Assembly: GCA_002774875.1 (NCBI GenBank)
Contig: PCYM01000006.1
Coordinates: forward strand, 17,434 to 81,433
Direction of reading: 5' to 3'
DNA from: Candidatus Uhrbacteria bacterium CG10_big_fil_rev_8_21_14_0_10_50_16
Lineage (GTDB): Bacteria; Patescibacteriota; Patescibacteriia; UBA9934; UBA11717
DNA length: 64,000 nt
The translations under genes and the position numbers were made by a program. Below are positions 19,713 to 30,174 of this stretch, one piece after another; position 1 is the first letter of the stretch, and every line of letters starts with the position of its first letter. Below the pieces are notes generated by a model that saw only the letters and a list, made by a program, of their open reading frames with translations, did not search any database and was not told the origin of the DNA.

Positions 19713-19786
19713 TGGAGGCGCGAGCGGGAATCGAACCCACGATAAGGGATTTGCAGTCCCCTGCCTTACCACTTGGCTATCGCGCC
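19713..19786 (-). tRNA. tRNA-Cys (anticodon GCA)
   Basis: The reverse complement GGCGCGATAGCCAAGTGGTAAGGCAGGGGACTGCAAATCCCT...TCGCGCCTCCA gives the anticodon loop ctGCAaa and a clean cloverleaf. Confidence 0.85.
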
Positions 19787-19903
19787 GAATCGGATGGTTA
19801 CAACGCTTCATGCGCTTGCGAGAAGGATATTATGCTAATTTATTGTCAGTGTCAATCTGTCGGCTCATCTCTTTTTATCTGACCTGCTATACTGTTCACA
19901 TCT

Positions 19904-20653
19904 ATGTTGTTAGACGGTAACCATTTATCTCTTGGAATCGCCTACGTGGCAGGACTCACGTCATTTTTTGCTCCCTGTGTTGTGCCACTCCTCCCAGCAT
20001 ATGTTGCTTATTTTACTGGGTTGGGCGCAGCAGATACAGATGATCGGGCAAACAAGATTAAGCTCTTTTCTCACACGCTCATATTCGTCTTAGGGTTCCT
20101 GGTGATTTTTTTGTTGCTAGGAATGTCGTCTACATGGATCGGATCCTTGCTTGCGCATTACAAGATGATCTTATCTCGCGTCGGGGGGGTCGTTCTCATT
20201 GTTCTTGGTTTGTATCTTTTGGGCGTATTTAAAAATCCAGCATTGTATAGAGAACGTAAATTGAATCTACACGCACAATTCACTCGTTATCAAAGTTTGA
20301 ATGTGTTTGTGCTAGGTCTGACATTTGGATTTGCGTGGACGCCCTGTATTGGCCCGGTCCTTGCAGTCATTCTTCTGTGGACGAGTCAGGCCGCCACGTT
20401 GGGACAAGGGTTTTTGTTGATGTTGGCATTTGGTCTCGGTATCGGATCACCATTTTTATTGGTTAGTGTATTTTTGGATAAACTCATGCCATGGATTCGT
20501 AAGACGCAGCGGCTACAACAGATTGTTCATATGGCATCAGGATATCTCATCTTGATTATTGGGTTTTTGTTGCTTACAAACTTACTTACAGTGGTTACGG
20601 CGCCACTCACAAATCTTGGATCGCTCGAATTATTTTTAATAGATCGGCTGTAG
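19904..20653 (+). CDS. ccdA: cytochrome c-type biogenesis / thiol-disulfide transporter CcdA (DsbD family)
   Basis: 6 TM helices, with the conserved Cys in TM1 (FFAPCVVPLLP) and a second Cys (WTPCIGP). Confidence 0.8.
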   Translation: MLLDGNHLSLGIAYVAGLTSFFAPCVVPLLPAYVAYFTGLGAADTDDRANKIKLFSHTLIFVLGFLVIFLLLGMSSTWIGSLLAHYKMILSRVGGVVLIVLGLYLLGVFKNPALYRERKLNLHAQFTRYQSLNVFVLGLTFGFAWTPCIGPVLAVILLWTSQAATLGQGFLLMLAFGLGIGSPFLLVSVFLDKLMPWIRKTQRLQQIVHMASGYLILIIGFLLLTNLLTVVTAPLTNLGSLELFLIDRL

Positions 20654-20703
20654 GAGCTCACGGTGCAACAAACAGTTGGCCTTGAACGTGATAGAATAAC
20701 GTT

Positions 20704-21405
20704 ATGGCAAGGAGGAAGTGGTTTAAATTACGACGTGTCGTGGAAGAGGTCGTCTTTGGTGTAGAAGACAGCCTTGTTTCGACGTTGGGTGCAATTACCG
20801 GTATTGCCGCGGGAACGCAAAGTACCTACATTGTGATTTTATCCGGGATTGTTCTGCTGTTTGCAGAGGCTACGTCCATGACGGCGGGGAGCTACTTGTC
20901 CTCAAAATCAGAAGGAGAAGTGTGGTTGCAGGAGCATGAGTCAGATTGGGATGAGCTGATGAAGAAGCAAGGGGTTGGGAGAGGACCGGTTCACGCAGTG
21001 TTAAAGCAGGAGCGAGTAAAGCAAGAAACAAGTTACGCAATTTTGCAAGCGATCGAGGTGCAGCGTAGGCGATGGCTGGGACAAATTATTCGGCACGAGC
21101 GAGCAAGTTCTCCTTCTGGAAATCAAGCGCCTGTGTTTGCCGCGAGCGTAATGGGGGTCAGCTACTTGTTGGCAGGAATCATCCCTCTTGGTGCCTACTT
21201 CATTTTCCCTGTGCGGATGGCTATTCCTATTTCTGTGGTTGTGACGTTAATTGCGTTGTTTGCGTTTGGTGTATGGAAAGCTTCACTGACACGACAATCC
21301 AAATGGAAAAGTGGTTTGGAGATGCTGGCCATTGCAGGGGCCGCGGCTGGAATTGCGTATGTGTTGGGGTATGTGGTGCGGCAGATGTTTGGTGTTGTGA
21401 TTTAG
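20704..21405 (+). CDS. VIT1/CCC1-family membrane protein
   Basis: 233 aa; EDSLVSTLGAITGIAAGT and a C-terminal multi-TM region match the VIT family. Confidence 0.8.
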   Translation: MARRKWFKLRRVVEEVVFGVEDSLVSTLGAITGIAAGTQSTYIVILSGIVLLFAEATSMTAGSYLSSKSEGEVWLQEHESDWDELMKKQGVGRGPVHAVLKQERVKQETSYAILQAIEVQRRRWLGQIIRHERASSPSGNQAPVFAASVMGVSYLLAGIIPLGAYFIFPVRMAIPISVVVTLIALFAFGVWKASLTRQSKWKSGLEMLAIAGAAAGIAYVLGYVVRQMFGVVI

Positions 21406-21425
21406 TCTTTGCAAAGTAATTTGAT

Positions 21426-22400
21426 ATGAACTTACGCGCATTTGGAAAAAATCTTGGACTACAAGCACCAGAGTTTCCAAAAGGAATCATTTGGTTGAAT
21501 ACGGAACCACTCACGTTAAAACAGCTGCGAGGAAAAATCGTTTTGATTGATTTTTGGACATATTCCTGCGTTAACTGCCTCAACGTCATGCCACATCTAC
21601 GCCGATGGCACAAGCTGTATGCAAAGAAAGGTCTCGTTGTGATCGGTGTACATACGCCCGAGTTCGCGTTTGAGAAAGACGTATTAAATGTCGAAACAGC
21701 TGTAAAAGAATTTGATCTCACGTATCCGGTAGCGATTGATTCAGAATCAAAGATTTGGGAGGCGTATAACAACCATTGGTGGCCGCGACTTGTATTGATC
21801 AATAAGGCGGGTCAAATTGCTTTTGATCACGTAGGAGAGGGGGGATATGTAGAGATTGAGAAAGAAATTCAAAAGGCGTTGCGAGGCGTGGGGGCGAAGG
21901 CGTTGCCAAAGATTGAGAGAGAGTCGAAGTCGTCTGGTGGGGTTTGTTTTCCTACAACTCCCGAGATATATCTTGGATTCTCACGCGGACATTTTAAAAA
22001 TTCAGACGTTGAGGCGAATCATTGCCATAATTATAAACGCGTAAGCGATCAACGTGACACGCCAAGTTTGGAGGGGGAATGGACTGTCCGCGAAGGATAC
22101 GTAGAATCACACGGCGGAAAAATTCACTTGCCGTTTATGGCGGGGTCCATCAACTTGGTTGCACAGACGAGCGATGGAGAGAAGCAGCGGATTGCGGTTG
22201 TGCGTGATGGAAACGCTCTTGCGACGAACGAGGCGGGCGACGATATTGTTTTTGACGGTGATGATTCTGTTATTTTTGCACGCGAGCCGCGCATGTATCG
22301 GTTGCTTGCAGCTAGTGCACACCTAACAGGCGTATTGACACTCAACGTTCCAAGTGGCGTGCGCCTGTATTCGCTCACCTTTGGTTCCGCATGCGAGTAG
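21426..22400 (+). CDS. thioredoxin-fold thiol-disulfide oxidoreductase (TlpA/ResA-like) with a C-terminal extension
   Basis: IDFWTYSCVNCLNVMPHL carries the CxxC active site within a redoxin domain, plus ~150 aa of extra C-terminal sequence. Confidence 0.8.
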   Translation: MNLRAFGKNLGLQAPEFPKGIIWLNTEPLTLKQLRGKIVLIDFWTYSCVNCLNVMPHLRRWHKLYAKKGLVVIGVHTPEFAFEKDVLNVETAVKEFDLTYPVAIDSESKIWEAYNNHWWPRLVLINKAGQIAFDHVGEGGYVEIEKEIQKALRGVGAKALPKIERESKSSGGVCFPTTPEIYLGFSRGHFKNSDVEANHCHNYKRVSDQRDTPSLEGEWTVREGYVESHGGKIHLPFMAGSINLVAQTSDGEKQRIAVVRDGNALATNEAGDDIVFDGDDSVIFAREPRMYRLLAASAHLTGVLTLNVPSGVRLYSLTFGSACE

Positions 22401-22551
22401 GAGAGGTTGAGCTAGGTGAGAGATAGTGGTTTATTTTCATAAAGGTTTTTTGTTTCTCTACTTTGCCGTTTTTTGCTAAGATCAAAGAGGGTATATCCGT
22501 TAAGGCAGGTAACAAGGAAAGCTGTATCAAACAGCTAGGAAGGACGTGTAA

Positions 22552-22782
22552 GTGACTCATGCCACGGCACTTGTGATCGGTTCCACGGACAACGACATCC
22601 GCTGTGAACTGTACGGTCAGGACGCTGGAACGGGGAGATTTGCTGGCGCGGTGAATCTGTACCGCAGCGGTGTTTTTCACATCACGCTTCTTTCTTCCAG
22701 GCCGGGCTTTGCCTCTCCAGAAGAGGCTGTGGCGTACATGGAAGAGGTTGTACAGCAAGTTCGTGCGGCGGTAGCGGCCTAG
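22552..22782 (+). CDS. hypothetical small protein (GTG start)
   Basis: 76-aa ORF with a strong RBS AGGAAGGA 8 nt upstream of the GTG. GC ~56% is above the backbone. No recognisable family. Confidence 0.4.
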   Translation: MTHATALVIGSTDNDIRCELYGQDAGTGRFAGAVNLYRSGVFHITLLSSRPGFASPEEAVAYMEEVVQQVRAAVAA

Positions 22783-22919
22783 GACCCACTTCTCATCTTC
22801 GGGGGGACACACTGTCTCCCCGCCCACAATGTAGAACGTGTACCATTGAATTTGATTACTAAGCTTATACCTCGTTATGGGGTATTTGTTTTTGCATTGA
22901 ATTTGCTAAACTGAGCGCC

Positions 22920-23810
22920 ATGAAACCTGATACAAAACTTTTGCGGTGGTATACCGCGCACGGACGGAAACTCCCATGGCGACGTACGCATAATGCGTAT
23001 CGCATTTTGGTGAGTGAGATCATGTTACAGCAAACGCAGGTGGATCGTGTAAAGGGATTTTATGCATCGTGGCTCAAACGGTTTCCCACGTGGAAGGCAC
23101 TTGCAGAGGCTTCAAACGCCGATGTGCTGCACGCGTGGGCGGGTTTAGGGTACAACCGTCGTGCGCTAGTATTGAGAGACATTGCACGGCAGATTGTGGA
23201 GCGTGGAGAACCCAGGGATCGCGAGGGGTGGCTCGCGCTTAAGGGAATTGGACCCTATACAGCGTCGGCGGTGATGGCGTTTGCGTACAAACAACCGTAT
23301 TTACCGATTGACACCAATATTCGCAGGTTTTGTGGGCGGTTTTTATTGGGAAAAACGTATCCGCAGCCGGCGGATGACGAGCAAATTCAACAAAAGGCTC
23401 AAATAACTCTCATGGGATCGGCTCAGGCGTTTGATATCCCGCAGGCGATTTTTGATGTGGCGACGATGTATTGCACCAAGGTTCCCAATTGCGCCGCGTG
23501 CCCAATGCAAAAGGAATGTCTGGCGGCAAAGCAATTTTTGTCGGGCGAAGTGACGGCACCAAAGCAGATGGTCGCAAAGGCACAGGAGACCATTCATCGC
23601 AATAAAAAACACCCGGATCGCATTTACCGGGGGCGGATATTGAAACTCGTTCGAGAATCGGTTCAGTTAGTTACTGTTGATTCGATTGGATGCAAGATCG
23701 ACAACGAGTATGACGATGAGCTTGATCGAACTTGGTTGGAGGCGATGATTAATCGGCTTGCGGCGGATGGAATGCTTGTGCAAAAAGGGAAGAGCGTTAT
23801 TTTTAGATAA
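22920..23810 (+). CDS. mutY: A/G-specific adenine glycosylase MutY / endonuclease III family (HhH-GPD with 4Fe-4S loop)
   Basis: LPWRRTHNAYRILVSEIMLQQTQV, HhH-GPD, and the Fe-S cluster loop CTKVPNCAACPMQKEC. Confidence 0.8.
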   Translation: MKPDTKLLRWYTAHGRKLPWRRTHNAYRILVSEIMLQQTQVDRVKGFYASWLKRFPTWKALAEASNADVLHAWAGLGYNRRALVLRDIARQIVERGEPRDREGWLALKGIGPYTASAVMAFAYKQPYLPIDTNIRRFCGRFLLGKTYPQPADDEQIQQKAQITLMGSAQAFDIPQAIFDVATMYCTKVPNCAACPMQKECLAAKQFLSGEVTAPKQMVAKAQETIHRNKKHPDRIYRGRILKLVRESVQLVTVDSIGCKIDNEYDDELDRTWLEAMINRLAADGMLVQKGKSVIFR

Positions 23811-23846
23811 TGTTTCACCCCCGGCGCAGTATGCGGTCGATGGCGA

Positions 23847-24179
23847 TTAGGAGGTGCGGCTGGCCTGCAAGAGGCTCAGACACATCTCGGTGAAGCAGGT
23901 GATCATGGGCCAGTGGAGCTCATGCAGAGTTTGATCATTGATCCCTTCTACGTGGCTGGAAAGGTCCATCGTCACGACTGCGACATGGGTGAAGCAAAGG
24001 GAGAACCTGTACCCGTGGGTTGTCTGCTCTAGCAACAGTGAGCAGGGTGTCTTGGTAAAACTCCATGTAGCATCTGATTCTCCCGAGGTGTAGTTGACGT
24101 TTCGGATGTTGTGCAGATCAACGAGTCGATCAACTTCCCCACATGCCCAGTCGTAAATCGACAGCCTACTGCGTGCCAT
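23847..24179 (-). CDS. hypothetical protein
   Basis: 110-aa ORF with RBS GGAGG 5 nt upstream; no recognisable family. Confidence 0.45.
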   Translation of the reverse strand: MARSRLSIYDWACGEVDRLVDLHNIRNVNYTSGESDATWSFTKTPCSLLLEQTTHGYRFSLCFTHVAVVTMDLSSHVEGINDQTLHELHWPMITCFTEMCLSLLQASRTS

Positions 24180-24233
24180 GGTGCCTCCGGGTTTGCAACA
24201 CGTTGTTTATAGCAATGAGGGTAGACTGTGTCA

Positions 24234-24263
24234 AACAAAAAACCTCGAGCATACGCCCGAGGT
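24234..24263 (-). terminator. rho-independent terminator after hppA (bidirectional hairpin)
   Basis: CCTCG-AGCATACGC-CGAGG flanked by A-run and T-run. Confidence 0.5.
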
Positions 24264-24289
24264 TTTTGGATTGAACAAGGATGAATTAC

Positions 24290-26281
24290 CTAGATGATCA
24301 ACGCGACAATCAATAACGCAACGATGTTGATGATCTTAATCATTGGGTTAATGGCAGGTCCCGCGGTGTCCTTGTATGGATCTCCAACGGTGTCACCTGT
24401 TACGGCCGCTTGATGTGCGATGGATCCCTTTCCACCATAGTTACCAAGCTCTACGTACTTCTTTGCATTGTCCCATGCACCACCTCCTGTGGTCATAGAG
24501 ATCGCCACAAAGATTCCGGTAATGATGGATCCAATCAAGACACCGCCCAATGCGATTGGTCCCAAGACAAACCCGACCAAAATTGGCACGAGGATCGGCA
24601 AGAGTGCTGGGATGATCATGGCACTCAACGCTCCCTTGGTGACAATATCAACGGCCTTGCCATACTCAGGCTTGGCGGTTCCTTCCATGATTCCAGGGAT
24701 TTCTCGGAACTGTCGACGCACCTCCTCAACCACGCGACCAGCGACTTTTCCAACAGCCTCCATGGCAAATGCCCCAAAGAGGTAAGGAAGAAGCCCTCCA
24801 ATAAAGAGGCCAGCAATCACAAGTGGATTGTCGATCAAGAACTCTGTTGGCCCTCCAAGCTCTGCGAGTTTGTGTGTGTAGTCTCCAAATAAGACAAGTG
24901 TTGCAAGGGCGGCAGAACCAATGGCATAGCCTTTTGTGACGGCCTTTGTCGTGTTTCCAACCGCGTCGAGTTTGTCGGTCACCTCGCGAACTTTTTCTGG
25001 CATGTTTGCCATCTCAGCGATTCCACCCGCGTTGTCCGTAATCGGACCGTAGGCATCAAGTGTCACAATAATTCCAGTCAAGGACAACATCGCCATAGCA
25101 GCGATCGCGATTCCAAACAATCCAGCAAGCGCGTAGGCACCAAGGATGGCAGCTACAAGCACGAGAATAGGCATTGCGGTCGACTTCATGGAAAGAGCCA
25201 AGCCAGCGATCACGTTTGTTCCATGGCCTGTCTCAGATGCCTTAGCAAGATTCTTTACCGGGCTGTACGTGGTTGCGGTGTAGTATTCCGTGATCCAAAC
25301 CATGGCAGCCGTGACGGCGAGTCCAATCAATGCACTATAAAACACGTTCAACCAGTTAAGCCCAGGAACATCAGCAAGTAAAAACTTGGTAATTGGATAG
25401 AACGCAATTGCCGACAAAGCACCGGCCGCGATCAACCCTTTGTACAATGCCCCCATGATGTTTTCTTTCTGTCCGAGTCGGATAAAGAACAGCGCAATAA
25501 TGGAGGTGATGATAGACGCAGCACCAAGAGCCAATGGGTAGAGAATAACCGCCTCCACATCTACAAAGGTGATGGCAGCGATCAACATGGTTGCTACGGC
25601 CGTAACGGCGTAAGTTTCAAATAAGTCGGCAGCCATACCGGCACAGTCTCCCACGTTATCTCCCACGTTGTCGGCAATCACGGCTGGGTTCCGTGGATCA
25701 TCTTCTGGAATCCCTGCCTCAACTTTTCCAACAAGGTCAGCACCCACGTCTGCGGCTTTGGTAAAAATACCTCCACCCAAACGTGCGAACACGGAGATGA
25801 GGGATCCTCCAAACGCCAATCCGATCAAAGCGCTTACATCCCGTGTAAAGTAGTAGAAAAGAGTGACTCCCAAGAGGGCGAGACCAACCACGAACAATCC
25901 TGTAACGGCTCCGCCCTTAACGCTAATGTCGAGTGCTTCGTGGATGCCCTTGCGAGCCGCCTCTGCCACACGGACATTCGCACGCACGGAAACATTCATT
26001 CCAATATAGCCGGCAACACCAGATAAAATGGCACCAACAGCAAATCCGATAGCGGTCGTTGATCCAAGAAACAGCCACAAAAGCACAAATGCAACAGCCC
26101 CAATATAGCCGATCACACGGTACTGACGGTTTAAAAAGGCCTTTGCCCCTTCTTGAATTGCATGTGCAATCCCGGTCATTTTTCCTTCTCCTGCCGGTAA
26201 GCGAAGGATCCAACGAATAAGATAGAGCGCATAGAGAAGCGCAATAACACTTGAAACAATCGCGAAAATCACGACATTCAT
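24290..26281 (-). CDS. hppA: membrane-bound proton-translocating pyrophosphatase
   Basis: 663 aa, ~15 TM helices; [13 protein letters not shown] and [22 protein letters not shown] motifs. Confidence 0.95.
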   Translation of the reverse strand: MNVVIFAIVSSVIALLYALYLIRWILRLPAGEGKMTGIAHAIQEGAKAFLNRQYRVIGYIGAVAFVLLWLFLGSTTAIGFAVGAILSGVAGYIGMNVSVRANVRVAEAARKGIHEALDISVKGGAVTGLFVVGLALLGVTLFYYFTRDVSALIGLAFGGSLISVFARLGGGIFTKAADVGADLVGKVEAGIPEDDPRNPAVIADNVGDNVGDCAGMAADLFETYAVTAVATMLIAAITFVDVEAVILYPLALGAASIITSIIALFFIRLGQKENIMGALYKGLIAAGALSAIAFYPITKFLLADVPGLNWLNVFYSALIGLAVTAAMVWITEYYTATTYSPVKNLAKASETGHGTNVIAGLALSMKSTAMPILVLVAAILGAYALAGLFGIAIAAMAMLSLTGIIVTLDAYGPITDNAGGIAEMANMPEKVREVTDKLDAVGNTTKAVTKGYAIGSAALATLVLFGDYTHKLAELGGPTEFLIDNPLVIAGLFIGGLLPYLFGAFAMEAVGKVAGRVVEEVRRQFREIPGIMEGTAKPEYGKAVDIVTKGALSAMIIPALLPILVPILVGFVLGPIALGGVLIGSIITGIFVAISMTTGGGAWDNAKKYVELGNYGGKGSIAHQAAVTGDTVGDPYKDTAGPAINPMIKIINIVALLIVALII

Positions 26282-26379
26282 AGGTTACAAGACTAAGAGA
26301 ATGAGTTTTTGTCTAAATCGCTTGTCCCTAAGGGGCGAATGCCGATATAATACGAATGTTAGCCTTAAACGTCAATAGA

Positions 26380-26979
26380 ATGAGTATTATCCTCCCATCG
26401 GGCAAATTAGAGATACAATTACGTGCGCAAGGTGTGCAATTGATTGCGGGCGTGGACGAGGCGGGGGCTGGGGCGTTGGCGGGTCCGGTTGTTGCGGCGG
26501 CGGTGATCTTACCCGAGGGTCATGGTTTGGCGGTAAGGGATTCAAAGACGCTTTCACAACGTCAACGTGAGACATTATTTGATCAAATTCACGCGGTTGC
26601 TATAGCTGTCGGCGTTGGCATCGTTCATGTGGAGGATATTAATAAACTTGGAATCCGACCAGCGAATTTATTGGCCATGCAAAAAGCGGCTGAGGCACTG
26701 ACGCATGTTGATCACATCCTCGTAGACGCACGGGAAATTCCACATATCAAAATTTCGCAGACCGCTATTATCCGAGGAGACCAGCAAGAATTCTGTATTG
26801 CGGCTGCGTCGATTATTGCCAAGGTGACGCGTGACCGATTTATGACGGAGGTGCATCAATTATTTCCGCAGTACAACTTTGCGCAACATAAAGGATACGG
26901 AACATTGGCGCACAGAATGGCGGTGCAAACACATGGGCGCTGTTCTTTGCATCGAGAATCGTTTACGATAGAGGTATGA
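26380..26979 (+). CDS. rnhB: ribonuclease HII
   Basis: IAGVDEAGAGALAGPVVAAAVIL (DEAGRG-type motif); start placed at MSIILPSG. Confidence 0.9.
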   Translation: MSIILPSGKLEIQLRAQGVQLIAGVDEAGAGALAGPVVAAAVILPEGHGLAVRDSKTLSQRQRETLFDQIHAVAIAVGVGIVHVEDINKLGIRPANLLAMQKAAEALTHVDHILVDAREIPHIKISQTAIIRGDQQEFCIAAASIIAKVTRDRFMTEVHQLFPQYNFAQHKGYGTLAHRMAVQTHGRCSLHRESFTIEV

Positions 26980-27674
26980 GTTTAGCAGGAGCACAACGTT
27001 TTGATACATCGGTGTCTGCAGGTGTGGTCCACCATGGCGTGGATTTGTTGCAGTACGGTGTTGCACGGGATCACTCCGCGCGCCCTGTGTCGGCAAAATT
27101 TCCGCATATTTTTGTGCAACAACAAGGTGTGATGGTGAGTGGGGAATATATCCACCCTTTGGATCAACAACATAAGGTGACAAATGTTTTCTGGGAAGAC
27201 CGATCACGACAAGACGCAACGACTGCCTTGGAACGCACGTATCGTTACGCGGAGCTTGTGGATGGTCGCATTGCGTTGCAAGAGATTCAACAACGAGATG
27301 AGGTGGATCGAGTCGATCAACAACTTCTTCGTGCGTTTAATGCATCAGGGTTGATTGAAGGCGAAACATTCCTGGTCAACGAATCCGTACGTGCACAGCG
27401 TTGGTGTCAGTATACAAATGGCCAGTGTCTTATTTTAGAAGAACGCTATAGCGAAGACGGTCAGCTGACGGATCGTAATACATTTGCAAAATCGTCTTCA
27501 CAAATGTCATGGAGCGTGAGCGGCAGTACGATACAGAATGGCTACGAATCGTTATATATAAAACAACCTGTTTTGACTCTGCCGTCCCTATCCGGATTTT
27601 CCACGAGACATTCATTCGCTCCCGTGTTTATGCTGCCAATCGACAATGAACGTCTCTTTTCTTTTGAACGGTAA
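26976..27674 (+). CDS. hypothetical protein
   Basis: 232-aa ORF, start overlaps the rnhB stop, no recognisable domain. Confidence 0.5.
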   Translation: MSLAGAQRFDTSVSAGVVHHGVDLLQYGVARDHSARPVSAKFPHIFVQQQGVMVSGEYIHPLDQQHKVTNVFWEDRSRQDATTALERTYRYAELVDGRIALQEIQQRDEVDRVDQQLLRAFNASGLIEGETFLVNESVRAQRWCQYTNGQCLILEERYSEDGQLTDRNTFAKSSSQMSWSVSGSTIQNGYESLYIKQPVLTLPSLSGFSTRHSFAPVFMLPIDNERLFSFER

Positions 27675-27724
27675 GTAAAAAAATAAGTTGACGACGTACA
27701 GGCACTCTGATAGCGTGGCATTAC

Positions 27725-29068
27725 ATGCTATTACAACTCAAACGTCTTGCGTTACGGGGGTTTATCCTCTTTGTAAAACTTGGTGCCAACGTTGCCTATT
27801 ATTCCAAACAGGTACTCAGACCATTGCTCTCGCCTGTTCGAACAATTGCGCATTTTTTTGTTTCTATTTTTGGTGTTCCTCTTTATCGCGGGCTCTTCCT
27901 CTTGCGCCGATTTTTTGGACGCATCTATGTTCCGGGAAAAAATAAGTTCATGTATTTTTTGACCAACCGTTACGCCATTCATACCGTCGTTATATTGTTG
28001 GCGTTTACCACGACGGCAATGAACGTGCAAGCGAGTGGTGTGCGTGCGGATGACTTTGGTCAAGAAAGTTTATTGTACGAAATGGTAACCGGACAAACAA
28101 ATAGAGTTGTTGCCGTACGCGCGGATACCGTAACGTCAAAACCTTCGCGTTATCTTGGATCTGCAGCATTGAGCGTGCAATCTGACATTGACTTTCATAC
28201 ACCGGCCGACGATTATGTTGCAACGACATCTGGAGGATCCGCTATTATTGCGCTGACTATCTCTGAGTCGGGTGCAAGTGTTGCTCCTCGTACGGAAAAA
28301 CTTGCCTACACAGTTAAGGACGGTGATACGATTGGTACTATCGCGCAGGCTCATGGAATCTCGTTGAACACGTTGTTGTGGGCCAATAATATTACAGCAA
28401 AGTCGACCATTCGACCTGGTGATACATTGCAAATTCTTCCTGTAGACGGGCTGACGCACAAGGTCAAGTCGGGAGACACGATCTTAGCAATCGCGCGTAA
28501 GTACGACGCGGCCGCAACAGAGATTACGGAATTTAATAACCTTACGTCCAGTAGCGCATTGAGTATTGGAGAAGAATTGATTATTCCAAATGGCGTGCAG
28601 CCGGCTGCGGTTCCAGCTCCTCGTTCTGTGGCAAGGGTCTTTACAAGTGCACCATCTACATCTACGCCTACCGGCAATCCAAATGCAACGGCACCAAGCA
28701 CGGCGGCGTCCGGGCGTATGGTGTGGCCAACGGATCTGCACATTATTACGCAATACTTTGGATGGAAGCATACAGGCGTGGATATTGACTGTCATTTTGA
28801 CAACAATAACTATGCAGCCGATGATGGTGTTGTGCAGTACAGCGGTTGGAAGGGTGGATATGGACTCACGGTGGAGATTAATCACGGAAATGGTCTTGTG
28901 ACGCGTTATGGTCACCATGCAAAACTCTATGTATCAAATGGACAAACCGTCGCAAAGGGCCAGGCGCTTGGATTGTGTGGAACAACAGGAAACTCTACGG
29001 GAACACACTTGCACTTTGAAGTGATCTCTGGCGGGCGATTTACCAACCCGCTGGAATACGTGCGTTAA
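27725..29068 (+). CDS. LysM-domain M23 family metallopeptidase
   Basis: N-terminal TM; two LysM repeats (YTVKDGDTIGTIAQAHGISLNTLLWAN and HKVKSGDTILAIARKYD); C-terminal M23 (HTGVDID...GHHAKLYVSNGQTV...GTHLHFEV). Confidence 0.85.
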   Translation: MLLQLKRLALRGFILFVKLGANVAYYSKQVLRPLLSPVRTIAHFFVSIFGVPLYRGLFLLRRFFGRIYVPGKNKFMYFLTNRYAIHTVVILLAFTTTAMNVQASGVRADDFGQESLLYEMVTGQTNRVVAVRADTVTSKPSRYLGSAALSVQSDIDFHTPADDYVATTSGGSAIIALTISESGASVAPRTEKLAYTVKDGDTIGTIAQAHGISLNTLLWANNITAKSTIRPGDTLQILPVDGLTHKVKSGDTILAIARKYDAAATEITEFNNLTSSSALSIGEELIIPNGVQPAAVPAPRSVARVFTSAPSTSTPTGNPNATAPSTAASGRMVWPTDLHIITQYFGWKHTGVDIDCHFDNNNYAADDGVVQYSGWKGGYGLTVEINHGNGLVTRYGHHAKLYVSNGQTVAKGQALGLCGTTGNSTGTHLHFEVISGGRFTNPLEYVR

Positions 29069-29090
29069 CAGCTAATCGTGAACACAAAAA

Positions 29091-29113
29091 CACCCACAAT
29101 CGTGGGTGTTTTG
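29091..29113. terminator. bidirectional rho-independent terminator
   Basis: CACCCACAATCGTGGGTG flanked by A-run and T-run, between convergent genes. Confidence 0.6.
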
Positions 29114-29124
29114 AATTGCGGTCA

Positions 29125-29934
29125 CTAGGCAACGTTATCAAGTTGATCGTTGAGATCGTCGAGCTCTTGTTGAGAGATAGCAACCTCACCGTGGCCTTTG
29201 CGCAGCTCTTGACCATAACGTGCAGAAGACCCAAGCGCTTTTCCGCGCGCGATATTCATTTTTTTCTTTCCAAACAATCGTCCAAAAAATCCTATGTCAT
29301 CTCGCTTCCTTGCGTCGGCATGCATGTTATCTCGGGCCTGGATATGTGTTGGTCGATGTTCTTCTGGTTGACGCACGGTTCTCCCCGGGATTGTTTCGCG
29401 AACCGCCTGAACGGTTGCAGCTTGTCGTTCTCGATGCCGCATGTCGGGTGTGGATTGAGTAAGTCCGTTAAGACGTTCTGTCACGATCGCGAGCTGCTTG
29501 TTGAGTTCGCCTTTTTGTAAAATGTTCCATGGTCGGAGCGCATCCATTTGATTTTGAAGTGCGACCTCACGGCGTCGTAACTCGATCGCCTGCGTCTTTC
29601 TCATGGAAGCCATATTATTCTCGTACTTGCCCGCAGCGGCAAGCGCTTCCTCTTTTTGCAAACGTATTAGTTCTCGTCCTGTTTGTTCTTGCTCGTGCGC
29701 CTTCCTTGCTCGATTTTCTAAGTCGGCTTCTTTTTGTAATTCTTCGCGAGATTGCCAGGGCGCGCCTGTTTCAATATAAGCATAAGAAAGATCCTTGATC
29801 TGAACCGCGTCAAGACGGGGTTCAGAATTTGCAGCCTCAACGGGTGCGTGACTTGGCAGAGTACCAATCAGATCGTGGTCTGGCTCCGAGAAGGCCACTG
29901 CTGCTCCTGAATCGAGATGTCGTTTTGGGTTCAT
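29125..29934 (-). CDS. hypothetical coiled-coil protein
   Basis: Start placed at MNPKRHLDSG; long heptad-like region (ELQKEADLENRARKAHEQEQTGRELIRLQKEE...); no catalytic motif. Confidence 0.55.
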   Translation of the reverse strand: MNPKRHLDSGAAVAFSEPDHDLIGTLPSHAPVEAANSEPRLDAVQIKDLSYAYIETGAPWQSREELQKEADLENRARKAHEQEQTGRELIRLQKEEALAAAGKYENNMASMRKTQAIELRRREVALQNQMDALRPWNILQKGELNKQLAIVTERLNGLTQSTPDMRHRERQAATVQAVRETIPGRTVRQPEEHRPTHIQARDNMHADARKRDDIGFFGRLFGKKKMNIARGKALGSSARYGQELRKGHGEVAISQQELDDLNDQLDNVA

Positions 29935-30174
29935 AGAAAGTCGCATTAAAGATATATCGAGTATACAGCAAAGTATGGGGTTGTGTTTAAAATCTTCTTG
30001 CCGCATAAAATCCCTCCATGTTGGCTGTGAAGGATTTTTGACGTCTCTATTTAAATGATGGGCGAGAGAGTTGACAATTTGTAGATATTCTGTTATAAAA
30101 AACATGTTTTTAGATGTGTGGCGACCAAAAGGTCAAAGCACAATGGCAGTTCATCATTCAGTAGGGAGATCGTC

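Noticed and set aside
19648-19920. Small ORFs overlapping tRNA-Cys and its terminator
   Set aside because: They overlap a tRNA gene on the opposite strand and are short and low-complexity.
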